In this document: positions 1 to 8,853 of the stretch, piece after piece
How positions within the stretch are numbered: the stretch's first letter is position 1
Layout: every line of letters begins with the position of its first letter
Source: an uncultured Collinsella sp.
Lineage (GTDB): Bacteria; Actinomycetota; Coriobacteriia; Coriobacteriales; Coriobacteriaceae
Length of the DNA stretch: 64,000 bases
Assembly (NCBI GenBank): GCA_900549345.1
Contig: UROC01000001.1
Span: 20,432-84,431 of the forward strand
Reading direction: 5' to 3'
The notes under the pieces: model-generated
The model's input: the letters and a program-made list of their open reading frames with translations, nothing else
What the model was told of the DNA's origin: nothing
The model's database searches: none
Translations under genes and position numbers: made by a program

Positions 1-5
1 GGTAC

Positions 6-61
6 TCATTGGGGACAGACTTAAATGACTGAAACCACTCATTTAAGTCTGTCCCCAATGA
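6..61. repeat. GGGGAC-type REP-like inverted repeat (23-bp perfect arms); further GTCCCC motifs continue to about 210
   Basis: tcattggggacagacttaaatga (6-28) is the reverse complement of 39-61; a second copy lies at 57930-58005. Confidence 0.9.
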
Positions 62-216
62 ATGCCGGGACTGTCCCCAAGTGCCGGCAGGAAAGGAACG
101 TCCCCAAGTGCCGACATATTGGGACAGTCCTTGCCAGCCCGGCCGGCGAGCCGGCGAATCGGCAAAGACTGTCCCCGATGACTAGTCGTTTAAGAACGTC
201 CCCAATGACTAGGCGG

Positions 217-1422
217 TTAGGCGCGGGATTTGTTGTAGGCGAGGGCTAGGCCTACGGCGGCGATGGCCGCGGCAAAGAGCACCGTGACGCCCAGGTCGCA
301 GGCGATGTCGCCCAACACAGCAGACGTCAGGTCCGAGGCAAGCGCCTTGCTGATCGCGTCGTTCACCCAAAACGTCGGCACAAAATGCGCCACGGTCTGC
401 ACGGCCGAGCCCATCATCGAAAGCGGCATCCAGGCGCCGCCCAAAAACGTCATGAGCAAGCCAAGCAGGTTGCCCACACCGTTGAGCAGCTCCTCGCGCG
501 CGCCCAAGCTCGACAGGGTAAAGCCAACGGCCAGCGGCGTGCACGCCAGGGCAAGCGTCGTCGCCAGCGCCAGGCACACGCGACCCACACCGACCTCGGC
601 GACCGCGCCGGCAAAGCCCACGACACCCACCATGCTCGACACGAACCAGATGCAGACGGTGAGCACCGCGGCAGCCGCGAACACAGCAAGCGAACGCTGG
701 CGCTCGGAGACCGGGCCGGCCTCCATGCGGCGCACGCGCTCGGGCTCGTTCATGCCCGAGAACACCAGTCCCACCGACACGATGACCGACGAGATGATCG
801 CGTACGCGCCAAAGTTGAAGTACGACTCGAGCGTGGCGGCGGCAGTCGAGTCGACCTTGACCTGCTCAATCTGGACCTCGACACGCTTGGCGGCAGCATG
901 CTCGGCAGCCTTGGCGACATCGCCGTCGGAAGCAGCGGGTTCAAGCGCCGCCGCAGCGCCCGCGAGCGAGACCCACCGCGAGGCCTCGGCAGACGAGAGC
1001 GCCGCCGCCATAGTGCCGGAGCCGTACGTCACGTCGAGTTTGGGCAGGGCCTCCCCCGCGCGGGCGGCTGCAACGAGGTCGTCCTCAAACCCCTCCGGGA
1101 TAAAGAACACGCAATCGGCGCTGCCCTTGGCGCTGTTGCTCTTGGCGAGCGCATCCGCAAGGTCGTACGTGTCGTCGCCGACGCCCGTGACCAGGTCAAA
1201 GCGTGAGCCCAGGTGCTTGGTGAGCGCCCGCGAAAGGTCGCTATTGTCGCGGTCGACCACGATCACGTTGGTGTCGTAGGGCTCGTACTCGGTAAGCTGC
1301 GACGAGTTCCAGCTCACCGAGGCCGCGATGAATACGCCCATGAGCGAGATGAACACCGTATAGATGAGCAGGTAGAACGGGTGCGCCAGCGCCATGCGAA
1401 GCGCGGTCTTAAAGGTGCTCAT
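217..1422 (-). CDS. ABC-2 type exporter permease
   Basis: N-terminal TM helix, extracytoplasmic loop (VIVVDRDNSDLS), multiple C-terminal TMs with FLGGAWMP; in an operon with an ABC ATPase; start taken at MSTFK. Confidence 0.85.
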   Translation of the reverse strand: MSTFKTALRMALAHPFYLLIYTVFISLMGVFIAASVSWNSSQLTEYEPYDTNVIVVDRDNSDLSRALTKHLGSRFDLVTGVGDDTYDLADALAKSNSAKGSADCVFFIPEGFEDDLVAAARAGEALPKLDVTYGSGTMAAALSSAEASRWVSLAGAAAALEPAASDGDVAKAAEHAAAKRVEVQIEQVKVDSTAAATLESYFNFGAYAIISSVIVSVGLVFSGMNEPERVRRMEAGPVSERQRSLAVFAAAAVLTVCIWFVSSMVGVVGFAGAVAEVGVGRVCLALATTLALACTPLAVGFTLSSLGAREELLNGVGNLLGLLMTFLGGAWMPLSMMGSAVQTVAHFVPTFWVNDAISKALASDLTSAVLGDIACDLGVTVLFAAAIAAVGLALAYNKSRA

Positions 1423-2596
1423 AGCGGCTCCTTCCAAAGATCAGCGTAGCGGCGGCGACAAACACCAGGGCCATCAGGACGAGCGCGCCGGCGCGGACGG
1501 CGAAGGGCCCCAGGTCCTCAAAGAAATACAGGCGATTGAACATGTCGCAGATGAGCTTGACGGGGTTGAGCCAGCACTCGGCCGGGCAGGCGCGGGCGAC
1601 ATCGTCGGCAAGTGCCATCGCCGGCTCGCCGTAGAGCCCGGCAAACAGGGCACACGTGGTGGCAAAGCCCGTGAGGATGCCCGACTTGGACGCCTTGCCA
1701 CCCTTAACGGGCAGCGTGCCCACAAAAAGCCCCAGGCCTGTGGCGGCAAGCGCGGATGCAGTACCGCCCAGCAGGCACAGCCCCTCGCGCCCGCCAAAGT
1801 CGACGCCAACGACCAGGCGCACGTAGCCAATCGCGACCGCCATCGAGGCAAAGGAAACCAGCCACGAGCCGGCAAAGATGCCGGCCAGCGACGCCGTCTT
1901 GGAGAGGCCGCCCACGCAGCGGCGCGCTCCAAGGCCCGACAGATTGGGCTGCAGGTCGACGACGCTCAAGGCGGCAAACTCGGCAGACATCATCGCGACC
2001 AGGCCAAAGAGCGCGTAGTAGTAAATGGTCGTGCCGTCGGGCGTGGTGCGTGTCAGGCTTACGCGGCGGGTTCCGCCCTCGAGCGACAGGGCACGCGCAA
2101 CCGCCTCCGGGTCGGCAAGGGCGGCCGGGTTGTCCTGGGCAATCTGGCTCATGAGCTCGGCATTTTGCGTATACGAGCTTGCCACCGTCTCCAGGATGCT
2201 ACGGTCGGTGAGCACCGACGAGGCACGCGAGCTATCGTAGCTCGAAAGCAGCGTGAGCTTGGGCGTGCCCGCGGCATCGACCGTGTAGATGCCCGCGACT
2301 TCGCCGGCCTTGAGTGCTTTGCGCGCGGCAGCCAAGTCTTCGTACTCGCTCACATCGAGCAGTTGATCGTCGCCCTCCTTGGCAAGCGAGGTCGCCACGT
2401 CCTTAAAGGACGAAGCACCCCAGGCTTCGTCAGCGACAACGGCCACCGGCACCGGGTCGACCTTGCCGTCGGAGCTCAGATTCGCAAACATAAACATGAA
2501 CATCGTTGAAAGCGCAATGGGAAAGATCGCGCCCCAGACCCATGTACTCGGTCGACGCAATAGCGTCTTGAGCGTGGTGATGATAGTGTTGAACAT
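1409..2596 (-). CDS. ABC-2 type exporter permease
   Basis: Same topology (IFPIALSTMF N-terminal TM, YYYALFG, C-terminal TMs); overlaps the downstream permease. Confidence 0.85.
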   Translation of the reverse strand: MFNTIITTLKTLLRRPSTWVWGAIFPIALSTMFMFMFANLSSDGKVDPVPVAVVADEAWGASSFKDVATSLAKEGDDQLLDVSEYEDLAAARKALKAGEVAGIYTVDAAGTPKLTLLSSYDSSRASSVLTDRSILETVASSYTQNAELMSQIAQDNPAALADPEAVARALSLEGGTRRVSLTRTTPDGTTIYYYALFGLVAMMSAEFAALSVVDLQPNLSGLGARRCVGGLSKTASLAGIFAGSWLVSFASMAVAIGYVRLVVGVDFGGREGLCLLGGTASALAATGLGLFVGTLPVKGGKASKSGILTGFATTCALFAGLYGEPAMALADDVARACPAECWLNPVKLICDMFNRLYFFEDLGPFAVRAGALVLMALVFVAAATLIFGRSRYEHL

Positions 2597-2605
2597 GGCC
2601 GCCCC

Positions 2606-3544
2606 CTAGTCGCGCAGCTCGCGGCCGGTGATCTCGAGGAACACGTCGTTGAGGGTCGGCGGCTCGCTCCACACGCGGCCGAGCGCCACGTCGGCAGCGC
2701 GCAGCGTGTCGAGGATGTCCACCAGGTTGTGCGGGCTCGCCTCGCAGGTGCAGACAAGTTCGCCGCCGGACAGTTCAACGCTGAGCACGTGTTCGAGGGC
2801 ACGCAGGCGCTCGACCGTGGCGGCCTCGACGGCGCCGACCTCGACGGTCACGCGCTCGCCCATCTGGATCATGCGCTTGAGCTCGTCGTTGGTGCCCTGC
2901 GCCAGCACGCGGCCGCCGTCCATGATCATGATGCGGCTGCAGATCTGCTCGACCTCCTCCATGTAATGGCTGGTATACACCACCGTGGCGGCCTCGTCGC
3001 GCAGGCGGCAGATGCCCTCCAGGATGGCGTTGCGGCTCTGCGGGTCGACCGCCACCGTGGGCTCGTCGAAGAAGATGAGCTCGGGCTTGTGCGCGATGCC
3101 GCAGGCAATGTTGAGCCGGCGCGCCAGGCCGCCCGAGAGCTTACCGGGGCGGAACTTGGCAAAGTCGCCCAGACCGACAAAGTCGATCGCCTCGTCCACG
3201 AGCGCACGGCGGCGCTTGCGGTCGTTGACGTAAAGACTGCAGAAATAGTCGATGTTCTCGCGTACCGTGAGCTCGTCAAACACCGCCACCTGCTGCGGCA
3301 CTACGCCGATGCGGCGCTTGAGGTCGTAACGCGTGGGCGTCATGGGCTCGCCGAACAGCTCGATGGTGCCTTTGTCGTAGGAAAGCAGCTGCAAAATGCA
3401 GTTGATGGACGTGGTCTTGCCCGAGCCGTTGGGGCCGAGCAGGCCAAAGATCTCGCCGGGGGCGATGTTCAGGTTAAAGTGGTCGAGCGCGATAAGATCG
3501 TCATAGCGCTTGACGAGGTTTTCGACATGGACGATGTCTGTCAT
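2606..3544 (-). CDS. ABC exporter ATP-binding protein
   Basis: Walker A GPNGSGKT, signature LSGG, Walker B FFDEPT, C-terminal PTLNDVFLEITG; start at MTDIV. Confidence 0.93.
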   Translation of the reverse strand: MTDIVHVENLVKRYDDLIALDHFNLNIAPGEIFGLLGPNGSGKTTSINCILQLLSYDKGTIELFGEPMTPTRYDLKRRIGVVPQQVAVFDELTVRENIDYFCSLYVNDRKRRRALVDEAIDFVGLGDFAKFRPGKLSGGLARRLNIACGIAHKPELIFFDEPTVAVDPQSRNAILEGICRLRDEAATVVYTSHYMEEVEQICSRIMIMDGGRVLAQGTNDELKRMIQMGERVTVEVGAVEAATVERLRALEHVLSVELSGGELVCTCEASPHNLVDILDTLRAADVALGRVWSEPPTLNDVFLEITGRELRD

Positions 3545-3755
3545 GAGGCGCCCCTTCTGTTGGTCGTGGCCCGGTACGATTGCATCATCGCAGGAGCGGG
3601 CGGCGCGCACCAGTGAGCTTTGTCACGAGTGCGAGGGGGGCGGAGGCGAAACCCCCGCTCGCACGAGCGATCGACGCCGATTTGCCGCGCGGGAGGAATG
3701 TCACGGTTGCGCAGGCGGCCCCTCCACCACGCGCAGCTTCGCGTACAATACCCGT

Positions 3756-4901
3756 ATGAACAGGCTTTTCGACAAATCAATCGTTCTGGCGTGCTGTATT
3801 GCGGCCGCCACGGGTCTTGCTGTGGACGCTCGCCTGGTCGCGGCGTTTTGCCTTGGCGTTATTGCCACCTCGCTGGCCGAGCTCGCGCAGGGGAAAAGCG
3901 CCCGGCGTGCGAGCGAGGCCGCGAGTTACGCTTACATCATCGCGGCCGTTTTCGTGCCGCCGTTTGTGCCGTTTGCGCCTCTCGCCCTCTATGACATCGC
4001 GCGGCGGGTGCGCCGTGAGCACGCCTGGGTCGCGCTGGGCATTGGCGTCGCCTTTGTCTTTGCGCTCGTCGCGAACCTTCGCGCCGACGCGCTCACCGCC
4101 CGAACGCTCCTACTGACTGCCATCCTTTCGGTTGCCGCTACCTTGCTATCGCTGCGTACCGCACAACTGGAGCGCGAGCAGCAGCACATGCGCCGTACCC
4201 GCGACGAGCTGCAGGAACGAGCCCTCGCGCTCGAAGCGCGCAACCGCGATCTTGCCGATCGCCAGGACTACGAAGTCGAGCTCGCGACACTCGCCGAACG
4301 CGCCCGCATCGCGCGCGAAATCCACGATAACGTGGGCCACCAGCTCACGCGCGCCTCACTGCAAGCCGAAGCCTTGCGCGTAGTCCACGCCGACGAGCCC
4401 GGCATCGCCGGCGATTTCGCCGACGTCAAGCACACCGTTGACGAGGCGCTCCAACTTGTGCGCGCCAGCGTCCACGCGCTCAACGACAACGCCGTCGACC
4501 TTTCCGTGCAGCTCGAACGCATTGTTGAAGGCGCACGCTCGGACGGCGGCCCGCAGATTGAGCTTGAAGTTATGACCGAACATGCGCCCGCAAACGTCGC
4601 GAACTGCTTTGCGGCGGTCCTGCGCGAGGCGCTATCCAACACCATGCGCCACGCTCGCGCCCAGGCCGTCACCGTACGATGCATGGAGCATCCGTCGTTT
4701 TACCAGCTCATCGTTACCGACGATGGCAATGGCGGGACCCGGACGGGTGGTCGCGGCGTCGCCGAGGGCATGGGGCTCGGCTCCATGCGCGAGCGCATCG
4801 AGGCGCTTGGCGGCACCTTTACCGCCGGCCCGCGTGCCGGCGCCGGCGGCTGGCGCGTGTTTGCCACCGTTCCCAAACAGCAAGGAGATGAGGCCCGATG
4901 A
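3756..4901 (+). CDS. Sensor histidine kinase, HisKA_3 (NarQ/DesK-like)
   Basis: ERARIAREIHDNVGH H-box, EALSNTMRHA N-box, DDG and GMGLGSMRER G-boxes; TM N-terminus; TACAAT 6 nt upstream of the ATG suggests a leaderless mRNA. Confidence 0.92.
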   Translation: MNRLFDKSIVLACCIAAATGLAVDARLVAAFCLGVIATSLAELAQGKSARRASEAASYAYIIAAVFVPPFVPFAPLALYDIARRVRREHAWVALGIGVAFVFALVANLRADALTARTLLLTAILSVAATLLSLRTAQLEREQQHMRRTRDELQERALALEARNRDLADRQDYEVELATLAERARIAREIHDNVGHQLTRASLQAEALRVVHADEPGIAGDFADVKHTVDEALQLVRASVHALNDNAVDLSVQLERIVEGARSDGGPQIELEVMTEHAPANVANCFAAVLREALSNTMRHARAQAVTVRCMEHPSFYQLIVTDDGNGGTRTGGRGVAEGMGLGSMRERIEALGGTFTAGPRAGAGGWRVFATVPKQQGDEAR

Positions 4902-5527
4902 GGCTCATTGTTGTCGACGACGACCGCTTAGTGGTCGATTCGCTCAAGATTATCCTGGGCGCCCAGCCGCAGATCGAAGTGGTGGGCACCGGCGCCAACG
5001 GCAACGATGCGGTGGCGCTCTACGCCGAGCACGCACCCGATATCGCACTGCTCGACATCCAGATGCCGGGACGCGACGGCCTATCGGCGGCACGCGAGAT
5101 CCTTGAGCGTGACCCTGCGGCGCGCGTGGTGTTTCTGACGACATTCTCGGATGACGAGTACATTGTGTCGGCGCTCAAGCTGGGTGCCCGCGGGTACCTG
5201 ATTAAAACCGATGTCGCCGCCATCCCGCCAGCGTTGGCGCAGGTCATGGACGGTAAACGCGTGCTCGAGGGCAAGGCGATCGAGGACATCGATTTTGATG
5301 GGGCAGGCATCGAGGCCGGCGCGACCCGCCGGCCCGCGGCCTTTGCCGGCCTGACCGACCGCGAGTTCGAAGTCGCAGAGCTCATCGCCCGCGGCCTCGA
5401 CAATAAGGAGATTGCCGCCACCGCCTATATGGGCGAAGGCACCGTACGCAACCACATCAGTTCAATCCTTGCCAAAATGGGCCTGCGCAACCGCACCCAA
5501 ATCGCCATCGCCTACCTGCGAGGGTAG
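4898..5527 (+). CDS. NarL/LuxR-family response regulator
   Basis: Receiver domain (VVDDD, LLDIQMP) plus LuxR HTH (LTDREFEV...TVRNHISSIL); ATGA overlap with the kinase. Confidence 0.95.
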   Translation: MRLIVVDDDRLVVDSLKIILGAQPQIEVVGTGANGNDAVALYAEHAPDIALLDIQMPGRDGLSAAREILERDPAARVVFLTTFSDDEYIVSALKLGARGYLIKTDVAAIPPALAQVMDGKRVLEGKAIEDIDFDGAGIEAGATRRPAAFAGLTDREFEVAELIARGLDNKEIAATAYMGEGTVRNHISSILAKMGLRNRTQIAIAYLRG

Positions 5528-5587
5528 TTGCCCGACGACCAACCGCACCGGCATAGCAAAATGGCTGTTACCGATATGGTGCCATTT

Positions 5588-5741
5588 CAAAACTATGCCG
5601 GTTTACTACGATGAATCGCCAGCCTTCGACCACGGCAAATTGCGCGCTTACAAAACCGCAGGTAGAACGCTTGCAATATTTAGAAAAATGCAGTCATGGT
5701 CGGGAATGTCGAATTCATCGTAGTAAACCGGCATAGTTTTG
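5588..5741. repeat. 154-bp inverted-repeat element (family B), 29-bp perfect arms
   Basis: caaaactatgccggtttactacgatgaat (5588-5616) and its reverse complement (5713-5741); second copy at 36626-36779. Confidence 0.9.
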
Positions 5742-5784
5742 TCGGGCGGCCCTGCGCGAGTGCCTCCGCAAGCCTTGCGGGACC

Positions 5785-5810
5785 AAAATGATCCGTTTTC
5801 CTCCGTCCCC
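5785..5810 (-). repeat. 26-bp GGGGAC-type repeat (family D)
   Basis: Reverse complement ggggacggaggaaaacggatcatttt is identical to 36308-36333; degenerate copy at 36557-36578. Confidence 0.85.
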
Positions 5811-5832
5811 AAGGGATCAGCCGGAACCGCTC

Positions 5833-5992
5833 GCCACGAAACCTGCCCATCTACTACGTTTGACTCGATACCCCCGACCATACCCCCGTTTTCCAGAAAA
5901 CCGCAGGCGTTCTACCTGCGGTTTTGTTTTCACATTTTTTGCCGTGGTTGGGGGTTGGCGCCCAAAAGTAGTAGATGGGCCCATTTCGTGGC
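5833..5992. repeat. 160-bp inverted-repeat element (family C) with a central palindrome
   Basis: Arms gccacgaaa...cccatctactacgttt and aaaagtagtagatggg...tttcgtggc; central aaaaccgcagg-N7-cctgcggtttt; inverted homolog at 36365-36524. Confidence 0.88.
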
Positions 5993-6050
5993 AGGCGGGT
6001 CATTTTCGGGCTGGACGGGTCGCGTGGCGGCCCGCACACGCGTTCGCGCG

Positions 6051-6086
6051 CGGGGCCGGTGGGGCAATTTTGCCCCACCGGCCCCG
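6051..6086. terminator. GC-rich hairpin just past the ech operon stop (probable terminator)
   Basis: 17-bp perfect stem cggggccggtggggcaa / ttgccccaccggccccg. Confidence 0.65.
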
Positions 6087-6094
6087 TTTTCGCG

Positions 6095-6436
6095 CTATTC
6101 CGGCTTGGTTTCTACCGTGGGAGTCTTGTCCGCTGCGACTGGGGCGCGGGCGGTGTCCATAGTCAGGCAATGTTTAGGGCAGCTTTCGATGCACTCGCCG
6201 CACACCACGCAGGCATACGGGTCGATCGACCACGTTCCGCCCTTGCGATCGACCGCGAGCGCGCCCGCCGGGCAACGCCGCGCGCACATGCCGCAGCAGA
6301 TGCACACATCCATGTCGTTGACGATATGCCCGCGCAGGCGCTCGGGTGCCGCGAGCTTCTCTTGCGGATAGCACACCGTGACCGGCTGCTTGACCATAGA
6401 GCCCAAGGCCGTCTTGGCAAATGTCAGTAAACTCAT
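6095..6436 (-). CDS. echF: Ech hydrogenase 2x[4Fe-4S] subunit (NuoI-like)
   Basis: CICCGMCARRCP and CVVCGECIESCP motifs; last gene of the operon. Confidence 0.88.
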   Translation of the reverse strand: MSLLTFAKTALGSMVKQPVTVCYPQEKLAAPERLRGHIVNDMDVCICCGMCARRCPAGALAVDRKGGTWSIDPYACVVCGECIESCPKHCLTMDTARAPVAADKTPTVETKPE

Positions 6437-6443
6437 GCCGCGC

Positions 6444-7532
6444 CTACCTTTCCGTGCAGCTAATGCAGGGGTCGATGGTCAGGATAATCATAGGCACGTT
6501 GGCAAGGAGCACACCCTGCAGCGCATGCGTCAGACCCGCCAGGTTCTGCGACGTCGGCGTGCGCACGCGGAAGCGGTCCAGGTTCTTGGTACCATTGCCA
6601 CGCACATAGTAGTACGCCTCGCCACGCGGCTGCTCAATCACAACCTCGCCGCGCGCGCCGTCGGCCGGCGTGAGCTTGGTGCGCCCGCCGATACCGTCGT
6701 GCGGAATCTTGCCCACAAGCTCCTTAATGATGTCCATGGCCTGTGCGACCTCGGCGCAACGCACCTGGCAACGGGCATAACAATCGCCGTCGGTGGCAAC
6801 AATCGGCTCAAACGCGGCCAGATCCGCATAGGCGCCGTCGCCAAACATGCGCACGTCGTAATCCACGCCCGAGGCGCGACCGAACGGACCGACCATCGAA
6901 AGCTCCAGCGCATCCTTCTTGCTGATCACGCCCACGCCGTGCAAGCGCTCACCGCAGCTGTCGTCGTCCAGAAACGTATGCACCAGGGCCTCGTAGTCGG
7001 GACGCATGGCATCGAGCGTCTGAACAATACCCGCCAGCTCGGAGTCCTCGATGTCGTGCTTAAGGCCGCCGATCTCGTTAATCGAAAGGATCACACGGCC
7101 GCCGCACGTGCTCTCAAAGATCTTGAGAATCTGCTCGCGCAGAGTCCACGAACGATAGAACAGCGCCTCGAAGCCAAAGGCATCGGCGAGCAGGCCCAGC
7201 CACAGCAGGTGCGAGTGGATGCGCGAAAGCTCATGCAAAATGGTGCGGATACACTGCACGCGGCCGGGCACCTCGATGTCGAGCATGCGCTCGCAGGCGC
7301 TGGCATAGCCGTAGCTGTGGCCCACGGCGCAGATGCCACAGATGCGCTCGGCGATGTAGCCAAACTGGTGCATATCGCGCTTTTCGGTGAGCTTCTCGAG
7401 TCCGCGGTGCACAAAGCCGATCTGCGGAATTGCCTCGATGACGCGGTCGTCCTCGATCACCAGGTCCAGATGAAGCGGCTCGGGCAGCACCGGGTGCTGC
7501 GGGCCAAACGGAATAACGGAGCGATGTGCCAT
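6444..7532 (-). CDS. echE: [NiFe]-hydrogenase large subunit, group 4 (Ech-type)
   Basis: GPQHP N-terminus, ERICGIC (L1) and DPCISCTER (L2) Ni-binding motifs; no C-terminal extension. Confidence 0.93.
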   Translation of the reverse strand: MAHRSVIPFGPQHPVLPEPLHLDLVIEDDRVIEAIPQIGFVHRGLEKLTEKRDMHQFGYIAERICGICAVGHSYGYASACERMLDIEVPGRVQCIRTILHELSRIHSHLLWLGLLADAFGFEALFYRSWTLREQILKIFESTCGGRVILSINEIGGLKHDIEDSELAGIVQTLDAMRPDYEALVHTFLDDDSCGERLHGVGVISKKDALELSMVGPFGRASGVDYDVRMFGDGAYADLAAFEPIVATDGDCYARCQVRCAEVAQAMDIIKELVGKIPHDGIGGRTKLTPADGARGEVVIEQPRGEAYYYVRGNGTKNLDRFRVRTPTSQNLAGLTHALQGVLLANVPMIILTIDPCISCTER

Positions 7533-7537
7533 GGACC

Positions 7538-8245
7538 TTACGCCTCCTTTTTCTGCTTGTCGCGGGCGGCCTTGGCGGCAAGCGCCGCGCGGACCTTGGC
7601 CGCTTTCTCGGGATCCATGGCGGCGAGCTTTGCTTCCAGCTCGGCGGCTTTGAGCGCGGCCTTGGCAGCAGCATCGTCATGCTGAGCATCGGAGCCGGCG
7701 GCCGCATCGGGCTGAGCGGCAGCAGCGCTCGCAGCATCGCCGGCGCCCGCAGCGCCCTCCCCCGCAGCGGCGGCCTTCTCGGCTGCGGCCTTGCGCGCCT
7801 TGGCCTCGGCGGCCGCGCGGACTTTCATGGCCTTCTCGCGCGCAGCCTTCACCTCGGGCGTGATGACGCTCATGGGTTCGGCAGTCAAGACCTGGTAGAA
7901 AAAGCCCCTAAAGTCAATCTGCATGTCGGTAATGGCAAGACCAAACAGGTCGTGGGCCTCGTTCTCAAACGGAAACACCGCCGGATAGTACGAGCTGATG
8001 GACGGAATCTCCTGGTACTGGTCGATGCCCTCGACCACCAGGTTCTCGATCGCATAGTTTCCGTCCCGCGCGATCTGCTCTTGCGCAGCGCGGACGTTGA
8101 TAAACGTATAGACCAGGCGATACGAGCCGTCGTCGACGTTGCGCTCGGCATGCATTTGCACAAAGCGCGCGTTGACACCCTTGAGCGCCTGGACATGCGA
8201 CAGGAGCTCGTCGATCCCGACGGTGGTATAGATAGCCTTTTGCAT
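7538..8245 (-). CDS. echD: Ech hydrogenase subunit D (NuoC-like) with Ala/Lys-rich tail
   Basis: IPSISSYYPAVFPFENEAHDLFG complex I 30-kDa motif; operon position. Confidence 0.85.
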   Translation of the reverse strand: MQKAIYTTVGIDELLSHVQALKGVNARFVQMHAERNVDDGSYRLVYTFINVRAAQEQIARDGNYAIENLVVEGIDQYQEIPSISSYYPAVFPFENEAHDLFGLAITDMQIDFRGFFYQVLTAEPMSVITPEVKAAREKAMKVRAAAEAKARKAAAEKAAAAGEGAAGAGDAASAAAAQPDAAAGSDAQHDDAAAKAALKAAELEAKLAAMDPEKAAKVRAALAAKAARDKQKKEA

Positions 8246-8841
8246 TACTCGGCCTCCTTTGCAGCGGCGGGCGTCCCAGCAGGTGCGTCGCCAGCGGCGG
8301 GCGCGTCACCGGCACCGTCAGCCCCGGCCCCCGCGGCCACAAACCCGTCCTCGCCCAGCTCAACGCCACCGTCCCAGGTAGCGGCACCGCCCACGGTGAG
8401 CGGATCGCCGCCGGCGCGCATCACGGTCTCCTTCTGGTCCAGGATGCCGCACGCCTCCACGATGGCATCGATCACGGTCTCGGGGCGAATGGCGCACCCG
8501 GGCGCGTACACGTCCACGGGAATCGCGCGGTCCACGCCGCCGATCACGTTATAGGCATCGCGGAATACGCCGCCCGAACACGCGCAGATGCCGCAGGCCA
8601 CCACGCACTTGGGCTCGAGCATCTGGTTGTAGATCTGGCGCACGACGGGCAGGTTCTGGGCATTGACCGAGCCCGTCACCAAAAAGATGTCCGCATGCTT
8701 GGGGTTGCCGGTATTGACCACGCCAAAGCGCTCCGCATCGAACAGTGGCGTGAGCGAGGCCAGCACCTCGATATCGCATCCGTTGCAGCTCGAGCCGTCG
8801 TAATGAATAACCCACGGCGAGCGCGACATTTTATGATCCAT
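8245..8841 (-). CDS. echC: [NiFe]-hydrogenase small subunit (NuoB-like)
   Basis: SSCNGCDIE, NPKHADIFLVTG, GICACSGG, PGCAIRP motifs. Confidence 0.92.
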   Translation of the reverse strand: MDHKMSRSPWVIHYDGSSCNGCDIEVLASLTPLFDAERFGVVNTGNPKHADIFLVTGSVNAQNLPVVRQIYNQMLEPKCVVACGICACSGGVFRDAYNVIGGVDRAIPVDVYAPGCAIRPETVIDAIVEACGILDQKETVMRAGGDPLTVGGAATWDGGVELGEDGFVAAGAGADGAGDAPAAGDAPAGTPAAAKEAE

Positions 8842-8853
8842 GGATGCCGCCTC

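Noticed and set aside
5739..6371. 210-aa ORF and other short ORFs over the repeat clusters (also 25-249, 29184-29369, 36507-36764, 48651-48860, 49998-50486)
   Set aside because: They translate palindromic repeat DNA, lack an RBS or overlap real genes
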